Source: Eledone cirrhosa
Taxonomy: Eukaryota
Reading direction: 5' to 3'
Length of the DNA: 64,000 nucleotides
Assembly (NCBI GenBank): GCA_964016885.1
Contig: OZ024740.1
Span: 313,782,001 to 313,846,000 of the forward strand
Positions 1-13,270 of this stretch are shown here, piece by piece (within the stretch, counting starts at the first letter, position 1; the number at the start of each line of letters is the position of its first letter). Both the position numbers and the translations under genes were made by a program. The notes beneath the pieces are model-generated. The model did no database searches, was not told the DNA's origin, and saw only the letters and a list, made by a program, of their open reading frames with translations.

Positions 1-949
1 AGAACGAGAGAGAAAGATGAAGTGAATGGGAATTAGAGTATTAGAGAAAAATCCCAACATATTCTATCTTCCTAGTAAATAAGTTGAGAAGGATCATTGA
101 TTAATAATTGTGTTAAATAACGTACTTGGCACACTGTAAATGTTAGTACAGTATGTTCTGTATAAGTAATACAACTTTAAGTCGTCGTAGTGAAGTGTAA
201 TTCAACGTACTGGAAAAAAGTGTAACGAGATGTCTTAATAAAGACACAGAGAGATTGTGTATATAGTCCCTAAAAAACAAGAACTTCAGTGAACCGAAAA
301 ATCCGATTTGCGTGAATAGCGTTCTACTGGAAGCTAAGCCAGTTAATTAAAAATTCATGCGCTACGTAGCGAGGTCTGCATATTGTAATTAAATGTCCGA
401 TGGAGTATACTGTGTATAATTAGTAGAAGTTACAGAAATGTGACTGGTGTCTGGGGTGGTAAATTACTTAACAATACGCTCTTAAGCAAAACAAGATTAA
501 GATTCAATAATGATTAACATTTTTCAGACGAGTTTTAAGTGCTTTTCATTCTGATTAACAATTTTAACGAGTACTGTATTGTTCACTAATGTGAACTACT
601 ATCATAATTTGGGAATAACAAGCGGCGTTGAGCAGGAGCTAATTTTCTGGCTCACTGAGACATTTAAAGGCTTTAAATTCAATCAAAATACATTTCATTT
701 CCAAATCCGCAAGAAACTATCTAATTTACTCACATTCCTATAAGAAAATGAATGAACGACACACCACTCCACGTGATTTAGAGCTCTATAAAAGTTTCGT
801 ATTACGTATAAGAATAACAAGCATTTGATTCGTGTATCACTAACCACAATAAAATCTCCCGTTACTAGGTATATATATATATATATATATATATTTACAA
901 ACTACACTTTACCGTAACAAGAATGTATGGAACAGTCATGTCTAATAAT

Positions 950-1133
950 TGTTTCTACTTTAGGCACAAGGCCAGCAATTACCCAGTGCATTACTGGTAC
1001 TTTATTTTATTGACCCCGTAAGGATGACAGGCAAAGTTAACCTCGGCGGGATTTGAACTCAGACCGTAAAGGGACGTAACTATGCTGGAAAGCATGGCGT
1101 CCGACTCTCTTCCGATACTGCCAATCCACCGCC
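950..1133 (-). mobile_element. tRNA-derived SINE, family 1, with target-site duplication
   Basis: Minus strand reads GGCGGTGGATTGGCAGTATCGG (A-box-like) ... GAGTTCAAATCCC (B-box) ... CTTTGCCTGTCATCCTTACGGGGTC ... GAAACAATTATT. Flanked by the 15-bp direct repeat GTCATGTCTAATAAT at 935-949 and 1139-1153. More than 15 related copies occur in the window. Confidence 0.9.
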
Positions 1134-1951
1134 GTCATGTCATGTCTAATAATAAATAGACGAGGTATGTGTGCTTGTGATTCTGTGTTTGTGTATATAT
1201 ATGGGTATACTTACAAGAACGAACTTGATTAAGAACGATCAAATAGATTCCACATAATACGCACACACACACACACACACACACAAACATATATATATAT
1301 GTATGTATGTACATATATACATATGTATATATATATATGTGTGTGTGTGTGTGTGCGTGATTATGTCTTTAAGCCTATATTTCTTCCTTCTTATCATTTA
1401 TAATATGTTTATCAACTTTTATCAAATTTATATTTCTTTTTTATTTATAATATATTTAAAAAAATTTAATTTTGTTTTTTTTAATTTGATTTTATAGCAA
1501 TGTGCTAGACTGGTCTGACGTTTATTTTCTGTAGTTAAACAATTTAGATTTTCTATCCAATATGGCGCAACTTCGTATGTTTTTGAAAATGTAAACAATT
1601 CCTTTGCTCGATGGCTCTAATGTATTGCGGTGAGATTATAATGAGGTTTCTATATTAAATATCTGGTTTTGAAAAGTCCAAGGAAGAGACGAAATGTTCG
1701 TTAATCATCATATAATGTATTACAGTATTTCGTGTCTATTTTGAATGAATTATTTGCTTTTACTGTAATTGTTATTTGGGGCACCATAGAAGTTTGTATA
1801 CACAGCTTTTTGGAAATTTCTTTCAGAAAGGGTTGATACATAGATTTTGTTTTGCTTATTGTGATAGATTACTCTAGTTTTAGCTGTGTTTAACCTCTCC
1901 ACCTATGGTTACAACATTTTATATTATTTTTGTGAAAAATGATATGTATTT

Positions 1952-1976
1952 CACACACACACAGACACACACACAC

Positions 1977-2062
<86 letters not shown>

Positions 2063-2343
2063 AGACACACACACAGACATACATACATATATATATATAT
2101 ATATGTGTGTGTGTTTAAATTTGGTAGTTTACTGGGCAGAATTGGTCATTCTGCAATGTTAACCGTATCGTAATATGAGAAAAGCTCGCGACGTTATGCA
2201 ACTCATCCATCTTTGATGCTGAATCATGCTGGTAGGGGCCAGGTTGCGTAACAACCTGACCACTGAAATGTACATAGTGTTTGTAGAAATAAATAATTAA
2301 GGAAATTCAACATTTTTGGCCTCCTGTAATTTCACTTTATTAT

Positions 2344-2406
<63 letters not shown>

Positions 2407-2426
2407 TATACATATATATATATATG

Positions 2427-2459
<33 letters not shown>

Positions 2460-2572
2460 ATATGTACATACATATATATATATATATGTATGTATATATG
2501 TATATATATATATATATACATACATATATATATATGTACATACAAATATATATATGTATGTATATATATATG

Positions 2573-2621
<49 letters not shown>

Positions 2622-2637
2622 TATATATATAAGTATT

Positions 2638-2683
<46 letters not shown>

Positions 2684-2698
2684 TATAGATTTAAATGT

Positions 2699-2739
<41 letters not shown>

Positions 2740-2772
2740 TATATATATTATATATTTATACACTCACACATG

Positions 2773-2867
<95 letters not shown>

Positions 2868-3114
2868 GCCATTTAAGTCAGCTTTCTTTAAGAAACATTA
2901 TGTATGTTCTCATTTTTTTCTTGGTAGGCCATATTAAGCTAACAGATGGCGTAGTTTTTGGAGGGTGGTTCAGGACAAATGTGACTGATTTCAAAAATGG
3001 CAGAGTATACTTCAATAAATATTTTGTCATGCATCACTGATTTAGCATACTAATTAGATATTGCAGCTAAGTGGAATAATGAATAAATTTATATACATAC
3101 ATATATATATACAT

Positions 3115-3182
<68 letters not shown>

Positions 3183-3234
3183 CTGTGTGTGTGTATATGT
3201 ATATACATGTGCATATATATATATATGTATATAC

Positions 3235-3279
<45 letters not shown>

Positions 3280-3332
3280 TATATATTTATATATATATAT
3301 ATGTATGTAGATACATATATATATATATATAC

Positions 3333-3388
<56 letters not shown>

Positions 3389-3452
3389 ATATATTATATA
3401 TATATTATATATATATATTATATATATATATTTATATATATATATTTATATA

Positions 3453-3501
<49 letters not shown>

Positions 3502-3722
3502 TTTCTTTTTTGGACGAATAAATTTACTTTCTAATTCTCAATAGAGAATATATATTGCAAGGAGAACATGAGAATATGATTATACTAAAAAACAAATACA
3601 CCCCCACCAGCCTCACCACCGCTACTACCACCACCATCATATTCACAAACTCACACATGTGTATATGCATATGTGTGCATATGTACAGGATTTTTTTCGA
3701 TACACAGATATAGTCATATACC

Positions 3723-3790
<68 letters not shown>
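1952..3790. repeat. Cluster of (CA)n and (TA)n microsatellites
   Basis: Long dinucleotide runs at about 1952-2110, 2345-2862, 3090-3496 and 3724-3790. Confidence 0.95.
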
Positions 3791-3794
<4 letters not shown>

Positions 3795-3886
3795 AAGAAT
3801 TTATATCTAGTAACAAATATACAAGCTTAACAAATATAATAAGCTTCCAGAGTCCTCGCTTTGCCTGGAAACTTATATGAGAATAG

Positions 3887-3968
3887 ACTTTCCTGATGAC
3901 GGGATGTTTCTCTACACCTTCTTCGGAAGATGTATCTACTCCATTCCAGAAACTAATTAGTTGGAAGT
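3887..3968 (+). ncRNA. Type I hammerhead ribozyme motif (copy 1)
   Basis: Helix I ACUUUC/GGAAGU; CUGAUGA at 3893-3899; helix II GGGAUG/CAUUCC extended by hairpin UACACCUUC-UUCG-GAAGAUGUA; GAAAC at 3949-3953; palindromic helix III AACUAAUUAGUU; triplet GUU at 3960-3962. The first helix II pair is a C-A mismatch. Confidence 0.75.
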
Positions 3969-4410
3969 GATATTTTTGTAAGTAAGTTAATTTTATAATT
4001 TTCTTATCTTACGTCTCTTATATTATTGTTCTGCAACCCCATGCATTGAACCACAATGTTATTAAGACAAAACCTATATATTTGCTAGCATCGATATGCA
4101 TTTGTATGTATATATATATGTTACTAGATATAAATTCTTTATTATTATCTCCAAAATATTTGTCGAGCAATACTGGCCATGACTGCTGCTACGGTAGTAG
4201 GCTGGCCGCTGTCTTATTAACAACCGACTTTCCACCGATTGACCTCGATGTCACGTTTTCGATTCTTTTTGAATTTGCCACAGACACAGAGGCAGTAATT
4301 TTCTCAATGGCTAGGAAGTAAGTCCACGCTTTGCTATTTCCTATTCACTGATTTATTTTTTAATAAGCTTCCAGAGTCCTCGCTTTGCCTGGAAACTTAT
4401 ATGAGAATAG

Positions 4411-4492
4411 ATTTTCCTGATGACGGGATGTTTCTCTACACCTTCTTCGGAAGATGTATCTACTCCATTCCAGAAACTAATTAGTTGGAAGT
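4411..4492 (+). ncRNA. Type I hammerhead ribozyme motif (copy 2)
   Basis: Same fold as copy 1: CUGAUGA 4417-4423, GAAAC 4473-4477, GUU 4484-4486. The helix I C-to-U difference keeps a U-G wobble pair. Confidence 0.75.
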
Positions 4493-4740
4493 GATATTTT
4501 AGTAAGTAAGTTAATTTTATAATTTTCTTATCTTACGTCTCTTATATATATATATATATATACATACACACATAGGTACTTAGATACATACATTCATACT
4601 TACATATATACATACATATGTTTATGTATGTACGTATATATGTATGTATATATGTATGTATATATTGGACATCCTGCAGGACTAAAAAAACCTCTCAAAG
4701 GGCAAAGGAGCTCTTAAGAGTCAATGGCCATCCAAAATGA

Positions 4741-5126
4741 CCGAGAGAGATGACCCCTTAGCCTTTGTCAAGGCAGTATTCTAGGAGAAGGAAAACTCTG
4801 ATATAACACCTGCAACCCTGATGGTATCCAATGATGTTGACTTGTTCTTCTTTTTGGTAAATATCATCTTGGTTAAGAGAGTGGGACTGGCTTTGTGCAG
4901 CGCCTTTGCTCACTGGAGATCTGGAGATCTCTCTGCACTTGTCATCACATGGTACCATTGGCCCAGCACTATGTGTCAATAATTGTCACAGGTGTAGTGT
5001 TTGTGCCAGAGTTTTCAAGTCGCTGGCTGGACTAAAAAGTCACACTCGTTCAGCGCATCGGTAGGGGTTCTCCTACATGGATATAAAGTAGTGGTCGTAC
5101 TCGAAAACGAGTTGGCAGCCACCATG
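4741..5126 (+). mobile_element. Short non-autonomous RTE-derived element (5'UTR-like part fused to C-terminal zinc finger and 3' end)
   Basis: 4981-5064 translates NCHRCSVCARVFKSLAGLKSHTRSAHR*, a C2H2-like finger typical of RTE ORF C-termini. The 5' part TTAGCCTTTGTCAAGGCAG...CTAGGAGAAGGAAAACTCTGA resembles RTE 5'UTR motifs from memory. Near-identical inverted copy at 15571-15953. Confidence 0.65.
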
Positions 5127-5135
5127 TATATATTT

Positions 5136-5188
5136 AGAAGAAGAAGAAGAAGAAGAAGAAGAAGAAGAAGAAGAAGAAGAAGAAGAAG
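5136..5188. repeat. (GAA)n microsatellite
   Basis: Pure GAA run. Similar runs at 47412-47528 and 55560-55645. Confidence 0.95.
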
Positions 5189-6254
5189 ATATAGTTGTGT
5201 TATGGCTAACATCTACAATGCAATGTAAAGAGAAAACGTCATCAATATACATTATTTGTTCTAGGCAAGGAAGCAACTTATAAATTGGAATTTGTCAAAA
5301 ATTGAAAGATAGTGCTGTTTGTGATTTTTGCCTAGTGCAGCGACAAATCCGAATATATTTCAGTTTTATTAAATCTCCTCAGCTAATCGTAATTTTACCA
5401 CTACTTATAGATGTGTAACTAATAATCCATAAAATGCCTCTCTCTCTTGTTTTTTTTTACCATACATTGGCCTTATGTAAGCAACTGACCCTTACAAATC
5501 AGCATGTTTCCTTGTTTGTTTTTTGTTGTCCCATCCAATAATATTAGATTATGTCTCATTTATCTTAACTAGTTACTGTTTTTCTTTGTTTTTGAGGTCT
5601 ACCAATATTCAATTGGTTTAATATGTCTATACGTAATTGTTCTAATTTTCTCTTATTGTATTTTAGTTATCTCTCTAGTTACAAGATAATGTTATATGGG
5701 AAAATGATATTTGGAGGAATGGATGTATGTTTTCCTTCGTGTTGGATTTAATTTCTTTCCAGAATTTGAACCGGTCACTAAGAAAGTGATAAGGCTTCTT
5801 GAATAAAACAGTTTCATGGGAGTGTAAATAAGTGAGTGTGTGTTAAAGAGTGCACATAAACGGATGTATGTGTTAATGCACTTGCATATGCACTTATATA
5901 ATGGGTCTTCATATCTCTTTAGTACATGAATGTGTGTGTGATTAGATTTTATGAGTATGTGTGTGCGTATGCCATATGCACAAATGTGATATCAAAGAAA
6001 AGAAAAATTGAAGGGTGGTAAATGAGAAAAAGAAAGAAAGAAAAGATTATAAAAATCACCAATCAGCTTTAAAAAAGCAACAATAATTTGAAATAACGTG
6101 ATGCAGCGCTAATTACAAAAAATGTGATACTTCAAACAATTTCTAATTGGTATCCTTTGAACTGAGGAAATCCCGACTTTATCAATGATAATCCAAAAAC
6201 TGCGACAAAACTTTGAAGTAAATAGTCACCATTGATAACAATTATTATTATTAT

Positions 6255-6443
6255 GGATTGGCAGTATCGGTAGAGGCGTCGGACGCCATGCTTTGACGCA
6301 TAGAGTTACGGCCCTTGCCATTCTGAGTTCCAATCCCGCCGAGGTTAACTTTGCCTTTCATCCTTACGGGGTCGATAAAATAAAGTACCAGTAATACACT
6401 GAGTATTTGCTGACCTTGTGCCAAACGTAGAAACAATTATTAT
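6255..6443 (+). mobile_element. SINE family 1
   Basis: GGATTGGCAGTATCGG ... GAGTTCCAATCCCGCCGAGG ... GGGGTCGATAAAATAAAGTACCAG ... AGAAACAATTATT. Confidence 0.9.
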
Positions 6444-6499
6444 TTCTTCTTTAACAATTATTATTTCTTCTTTCTCAGGCCGTATTACTAAACAAAGAA

Positions 6500-6763
6500 G
6501 ATGGGTCATAACTCATGATGTAACAACTCTTGATTACTTTATCCTGGTATTTGTGTTCCCATCACCTACTCAAAATTCTAGCTGTTCCTAGAAGTGTCGT
6601 TTTCGGCCTGGATTCCATGTTTTTCTATCCATTTTTCTAAGTTCTTGTTCATACAACCATAAGCATATATCACTATTGGTATAACCTCACCTTTCTCATG
6701 TTCCATATTATTTGGACTTCAGTTCTAAGGTCCTGGTATTTATGGATTTTCTCCATTTCTTTT
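6500..6763 (-). pseudogene. 3' relic of an R4/Dong-like (RLE-type) non-LTR retrotransposon
   Basis: Minus-strand translation with frameshifts: KEMEKIHKYQDLRTEV / IWNM / VIPIVIYAYGCMNKNLEKWIEKHGI / KTTLLGTARILSR*. This matches the C-terminal K..KY.DL..E...W...V.P.V.GA.G...LLGTARIL pattern of RLE LINEs. Confidence 0.7.
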
Positions 6764-6787
6764 GGGTGAATCAGTGGATCTTCTCTC

Positions 6788-6835
<48 letters not shown>

Positions 6836-7354
6836 CCCGCTCTCTCTCAATATATATATAATTAGGGTGAAGCGACCTAATTTACGTGTCCCAATAACTT
6901 TTTTTCAGTTATTGCTCGCACCAACCAGAGGTATAGCCAGTCACTCTCTCTCAGCTGGCCTCTTCCTCACCCTTTCACTCACTCTCTGCTTCTCCCCCTC
7001 TCTCACTTCCTCCCGTTTGACCTGTGTGAAATCCTTTTCTCGCTCATATCTCGCCCAGGTCGGATGGTCTTTACCTCTCATCTATAATTTCAACGAGCTT
7101 AAGTTCATATATATCACAGACTTGTTTCTCCTCTTCCTCTCTTTCCGTTGCATTACCATCTTTGTTTGTTTACATGTCTCGCTCGCTTCACCCTATTTTA
7201 CGTGTCACATTAACTTTCTTTAGTTATTGCTCGCACCAACCAGAGGTATATGATCTTTAACGCGAAGAAATACCAATGAAGGTTGGAAGATCACTGATGA
7301 AGGACTAATTTTATTCATATGTAACCCATGCGCAACCACGCAACACGCCATGTT

Positions 7355-7420
<66 letters not shown>

Positions 7421-7837
7421 TGCCCTCTTTTCCCTTCTCCAGCGATACTTTATATGATTTTCTGTAAGTTCTAGTGGGAATGTTTGTTCTCCTTATTTTA
7501 CAGATTCGTTCAACTTAGAGGTGGTATGTACCTCTCTTTCTTATATCCCAACGTTGTAGTTAAACAAGGCTATATGATCTATGTAACAGATTCATTTGGT
7601 TTACTTGTCATCTGAGCTTTCTCTGCATTAATCGCAGCTGGTTGACGGATGATTTCTGTCACTGTGTTGTAATTTCAACAGTAGTAATCAGTATAGAATC
7701 ACATGACCTGAAACAAAATATGACATTTTTAATTTTGTTGTCTTTTAACTGAATTTTGATATCATTGAATTGTGTTTTTATTTTTCAAATCCTCATGTAT
7801 GATGGTATATTACCAGAACAAGAATTAACTATATAAA

Positions 7838-8022
7838 CAATTGTTTCTACTTTTGGCACAAGGTCACCAATTACCCCAGTACATTACTGGTACTTTATTT
7901 TATCGACCCCGTAAGGATGAAAGGCAAAGTTAACCTCGGCGGGATTTGAACTCAGACCGTAAAGGGACGTAACTAGACTGGGAAGCATGGCGTCCGACTC
8001 TCTACCTATACTGCCAATCCAC
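7838..8022 (-). mobile_element. SINE family 1
   Basis: Nearly identical to 950-1133. Confidence 0.9.
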
Positions 8023-8137
8023 AAATAATGAACATTTCCTAGGAAAAGTCATTTGTGTTACAATTATTATATATGCATAGTCCCGTAACTCCTGTACCAG
8101 TAACGCACTGGGGTCGATTTAATCGCCTTTCCCCTCG

Positions 8138-8375
8138 CATTGTGACCTTGAGCAAGACACTTTATTTCAGGTTGATCCAGTCCACTCAGCTGGCAAATAT
8201 GAATTGTACCTATAATTCGAAGGACTGACCCTGTCACATTCTGTGTCACGCTGAATCTGCCAGAGAACTACGTTAAGGGTACACGTGTCTGTAACTTGCA
8301 TGTTGATTTCACGTTCAGGCTGTTACGTTGATCATATCAACTCGAACATGCGTCGTCGTAACCGACGGAATGCCA
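8138..8375 (+). mobile_element. SINE family 2 (CORE-like central domain), 5'-truncated
   Basis: TGTGACCTTGAGCAAGACACTTTATTTC...CCACTCAGCTGGCAAA...GTCGTCGTAACCGACGGA. Shares sequence with 15166-15478 and 30905-31200. Confidence 0.8.
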
Positions 8376-8673
8376 GTTTGAGATACTCATTATAATGAAA
8401 TAAACTCACTGAATGCAGAAGTCTGTTTTCATTGCTATGTGTATCACACAACTCACATTTATACACACAAAATTAAGCACACACATACACACAAACATAT
8501 ATACATTCACAAGTATGTCTACCACTTAACATCACCAACAAGGTCTCAAAAATGCGTCACATGCCGCTCGAAAACTACTTTTCTAAGGCCCACCGTAGAA
8601 CAATTTTGAATCCTGGTTTTTATAATATTTATAGTACAATTTATTGTAGCTTACCCATGAAATACAATAAAAT

Positions 8674-8871
8674 CAGACCTGTCAACTCTCTCCCCGTCCG
8701 ACGGGGATATCTCCTTTCCACTCTGGGGTAGGTGAGAGATATTTTTCTCTTGTGAAAATGGGTATAGATTTCATTATGTAAAATCTCCCCATTTTGCCTC
8801 ATTTCTCCTCGTTTTGCGGCACTTCATTTCATGGTGCTCCCCTTTTGAGTTTTTAGAAGCTGGCAGATCTG
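8674..8871. mobile_element. MITE with imperfect terminal inverted repeats
   Basis: Starts CAGACCTGTCAAC and ends GCTGGCAGATCTG; about 200 bp. Second copy at 61212-61515. Confidence 0.7.
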
Positions 8872-9199
8872 TAAAAGGGTAAAGAATGGAAAAAGGGAAT
8901 TTACCAAAAATAAGACGAAATTAGAGAAAATTTGAAACAGAAAATCTGCCGCCCTACATTTTGTATTTATTCACATATTTTACTTACTGTCATATGCGTA
9001 TTCATTTAGAGACAACAAATAATAATAAATAGCAGCATATCAGGTGTATTGCATGTTAGCATTATAACTTGTGGAATTCCCACCCCTCACACTTTTTGTG
9101 TACTGCGTCTGACTGACTTTCTGTAATTCGATATTTGTAATAGTGACAGACGCCTAGGTAAATGTCATAGTTGACACATCCTCTAATCACTGATATATG

Positions 9200-9281
<82 letters not shown>

Positions 9282-10340
9282 TGTGAGTGTATATGTGTGT
9301 GTATGTGTGTGCATCTATGTGCACGCGTGTATAAATTCGAAAGCCGTAGAAATTTACCTTCCCATTGTTAAGAAAATGTTCTTTGATAGCTATTAGATAA
9401 TATTTTCAACCGATTCTTCTCTACTTCACTGATAGATAAGTGTGACCAAAAATCGATCTGATTATATAATGTTTAATAGCATAAGTTACCTCCCCCTATG
9501 ATATCATGAATAAAAATACCACCTATTGATGTTTGCATCAATATTAAATAACAATAACAGTATTAACAAAACAGCAACTCAGTTAAAGCGAGGACAAAAT
9601 ACCTTTACCTAGTGTTGTACTACCCTTTTTAACTGGTTATATAAACAATAACATAAAAGTCAACAGAGGGAGGTATCTAAGAGATCGGTTGGCTTGCTAG
9701 AATGCACAGCTAAATCTCTTTCACACCGCACGCTGTAGTATTAAACAGGAAGACCTCATTTAGTGTAATTATAAATGTACAATGCCTGAACATAAGAATA
9801 GATGGTTGTGACTGGAACGCTGTTGATCTGACCTGGGTTTAAACAGCAGCTTACTCTATATTGTTGCTTGATCTACTAGAAATAGTAGGTGAAATATTCT
9901 CAAAGCCAACGATACCGTCTTTAAAAACATAATTACTGGATAATGTAGACCTAGACACATTAAGTCTTAAATAAATAAACACATAACGGACACGGCTAGA
10001 TCGCCTGTTGAACGATGATAACGAACAGATTAACACCCAGCTTAACACCGATCGCAAGAACAGTGCATTGTTCATACACGAAGTTCGTGTGTGCTAAATT
10101 CTAGTAAGATCGAATTTGCTATTATCCCATCAAGATTAGTGACATATAAGAAGTATACCAAGGTCGTTTCAATCAACTACATAACGTCAGGTTATTTAAA
10201 AGAAAATTATTGTTACTTTGTTGGGTTGAAATTAATAGGATAAAATATATAAAGAAATATGGTTGGCATCCGACATACTGTCTTCAGATTTTATTATCTT
10301 CCAGCAATCTCCATATTACTGGAAAGAGATCAGGGACAAG

Positions 10341-11075
10341 CATGCGCTCAGGTTACGACATCTAGACAAAATCTTGGACGGTGAATAACTGTGATCACCG
10401 TTTCAAACGTATACCAAGGGTGGGTGTCTGGTATCTTGAATGTTGACAAGCAGTCGCGGTCATTTGCCATTCAATTAATACAACCACTGAAAAAATAAAG
10501 ACTTACACTGTGGAGCAAGTTCGTAGCATGTATGTATAATGATGGACTAGAGAATATTCTGGACGCCGATAAGAATCAACCGAAGTATCTTCGAGACGAT
10601 TTGTAGTTCAAGGATTATGGACAACCACGAAAGGTTCTATGTCAGGTAATGGTAGCAGCAGGGGTTGCCAGTTTAACATTCATTTCTAAAGGTGACTTTG
10701 ATGCCCACAGAGCGAGAAAACCTACCATATATACATTTGTTCAATTTTCAAACATCGTTGAGTCGTGATATTACGTCGAACATACGTTATCACGTGTCAC
10801 ACGGATCTGGTGTTTGCTGAGTCCATTATAAAAACCACTCCTGTTCCTTCCCTTGGCACAATGGAAGGTCAGTATTTCTCTGTCTATGACTTTAGTAAAA
10901 GATGTAGTGTTGTGGGCGAGATTGTGACGACTGAGGGGAGAAATATTCCTCTTCTTCTCATCAACGCTTTCAAGAACCACTTGAAAACAAATATGAGAGT
11001 TGAAAAGGAGATATTGACCTTCAGAAAATTTGTTGAAAGGTAAGCAAGTGTGACAAGTGTGGTGTGACTACAGTG
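10341..11075 (+). pseudogene. Highly decayed 3' part of a Tx1-like ORF2
   Basis: CATGCGCTCAGGTTACGACATCT encodes HALRLRH, as in the Tx1 ORF2s at 37-46 kb. The end FKNHLKTNMRVEKEILTFRKFVER* aligns with FKYHFGRRIRMEREVLYPSKFYERW. Confidence 0.7.
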
Positions 11076-11296
11076 TTGTGCTCGCAATCTTCGTTTGTAA
11101 TTTCGTAACAGAGAGGTGCTGTAGAGCAATTAGGTAGTTCTAAAGTACACTATTTTGACCTGACTGTGCCCTTTATTTCGTAACATACAGGTATTTATTT
11201 TCATGTTTTCTTTTTCTTTTCAACTCATATATATATGTTGTTGATTTTTTATTCCATGTAACCCTTCGCTACTGCTTTTGTAACTCGCCGTTTTAG

Positions 11297-11462
11297 TGCT
11301 TTGGAAACCACAAGCAGTCACTAATAACAGAGGACGGAAGCTCTCCTATCCTGATGTCATCTCCAGAGATTCTGGTATTGAAATCCAGGATTTGGCAGCG
11401 GCAATGAACGACAGACCCACGTTGAGTCGATTTAGGCTGAGGCCGTCAGATGATGATGATGA
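11297..11462 (+). pseudogene. 3' end of an RTE/RTEX-like LINE with (GAT)n tail
   Basis: LWKPQAVTNNRGRKLSYPDVISRDSGIEIQDLAAAMNDR fits the LW.P...RGR...Y.D....D.G....L...M.DR C-terminal pattern; followed by GATGATGAT. Confidence 0.6.
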
Positions 11463-12599
11463 ACTCACCTTTTTAATGCCATTAATATTATTATTTTATT
11501 ACCTACTATTTCTTCCATTAATGGTGAGAATAAACAAGATAACAATCACGACGACGATGACGACGATGGTGGTGGTTATGATGATGATGATGATGATACG
11601 ACGACGACGATGATGTGGAAGAGGAGAATGTGCAGGAGCAGGACGAGGACGACGCTGATGATGATGATGATGTTGGTGGTGGTTATGATGATGATGATGA
11701 AGATGAAGATGATAATGATGGGATAATGGGCGATGGTGATGGTGGGTGGTATTGTCAGTGGTGAAGAGTCGGGACCAGTGGCGACGGTGATATTGTTTGT
11801 GTTATTTTATGGACGTCGTCATAGTTATTATTGTCGCTGTCGACGTCACTGTTGTTATCTGAAATACAGCGAGACGTTAAGCCAGTCCTTGGTAAAGAAT
11901 CAGTCCCACGCTATGGATGAGGTATTATAGCGTGAGAGATAGACAGAGACATATGTACAGACAATAACCACACTGCTTTTGATAGAAATAGTTCTGGGTC
12001 TAACAGTATGTATCAGATATTTCTGAAGAGATTCGTACAATAAGTCACAATATGTTTCTTGTCAGATAAAATGAGGGGAAAGAGAGTGAGAGAGAGAGAG
12101 ATAAATAAAAGTGAGATGGAGGAGAGCCAAAGTGAAAAAAAATAAAAAAAGATAAACAGAAAAAGAGAGAAGTGGGGGTGAGGAGAAAATTAGAAAGAGA
12201 AGGGAGCTTCCAAAACTGAAAAGATTTCTTCATTAAGTAAATCCCACGCTAACTCTATGTTTAGACTTAACAAGATCGGTGCATTTGACTGCAAAATAAA
12301 AAATGTTTACCAACCAGCTTTGAATAATGTTTGTTATTCAGCGACAAATTATATGAATTTCTATTGTATACTTTCAATTAAACACATAAGCAAGAAAAAG
12401 ATAAATATTTATTTATCGCGTGAACTAGTGTAGTTAAGAGAGGAAACGTATGATGACTTAGAAGATAAGCTACTGGGTTATTTATTCGTCAATCATGAGT
12501 TCAAACCAGCTGCTGGTGTTCAAAATGAGGTGCTCTAAATATAACGTACTTTTTTTAAAAGGAAAGAAGAAGCATTTCTATACTGCTCAGTAGAACAAT

Positions 12600-13005
12600 A
12601 TTGAGCGTCGGACAACATGGTTTATGGCATAGAGTTACGGCTCTTTGAGATCTGAGTCCAAATCCCGCTGAAGTTAGCTTTGCCTTTCATACTTACGGGT
12701 TCGTTAAAATAAAGTACCAGTAATGCACTGGGTCGATTTACTCGACTTTCCTCTTCCCAAAAATTGTTGATCTTCTGCCTAAATCAGAAATCAATATTTC
12801 GAGACAAATATCGGAAAAAATATTTGTGGTGTTTTAAATTTGAGGCCTTTTAAATTGTGTGTTCAAATCCTCTTCGAAGTCAACTTTGCCTATCATCATT
12901 CCAGGGTCTAAAAAGAAAGTACCAGTTAAGTCCTGGGGTCAACAATATAATCGACTTACTCCTTCGCCCAAATTTCTGACCTTGTATTAACGTTAAAAAT
13001 AATTA
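12600..13005 (+). mobile_element. Two diverged SINE family 1 copies
   Basis: Partial matches at about 12600-12795 and 12860-13005 (GTTCAAATCC, TTTGCCTTTCAT, AAAGTACCAG). Confidence 0.75.
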
Positions 13006-13009
13006 TTTG

Positions 13010-13075
13010 TAGTAGTAGTTGAGGTGGTATTGGTAGTAGTAGTCGTCGTCGTCGTAATAGTAGTGTAGTAGTAGC

Positions 13076-13164
<89 letters not shown>

Positions 13165-13270
13165 GTGGAAGTGGTAGTATTAAATTAGTAGTGGTTGAAG
13201 TAATAGTAGTGGTGATGGGGAGGGGGTAGATCAGTTGTAGTTGAAGTAGTAGTAGTAGTAGTAGTAATAG
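13010..13270. repeat. (TAG)n microsatellite
   Basis: Pure and degenerate GTA runs. Confidence 0.95.

Larger units (their letters stand above)
3789..4547 (+). mobile_element. Non-autonomous Penelope-like/retrozyme-like element with two hammerhead-bearing direct repeats
   Basis: Near-identical 187-bp direct repeats at 3837-4023 and 4361-4547 (period 524). 3789-3815 is an inverted copy of about 4118-4144. (TA)n on both flanks. Each repeat contains a hammerhead core. Confidence 0.8.

Noticed and set aside
1303-3880. Many ORFs rich in YI, CV, HT or similar dipeptides (also 13.6-16.5, 29.5-34.9, 49.7-53.9 and 58.6 kb)
   Set aside because: They are translations of stop-free microsatellites, not genes.
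5350-5385. Minus-strand CTGAGGA...GAAATATATTC hammerhead-like words
   Set aside because: Helices I and II do not pair convincingly.
7570-7720. Possible minus-strand splice acceptor (TTTTGTTTCAG/GT) and exon
   Set aside because: All frames stop within a few codons and there is no recognisable protein or partner exon.
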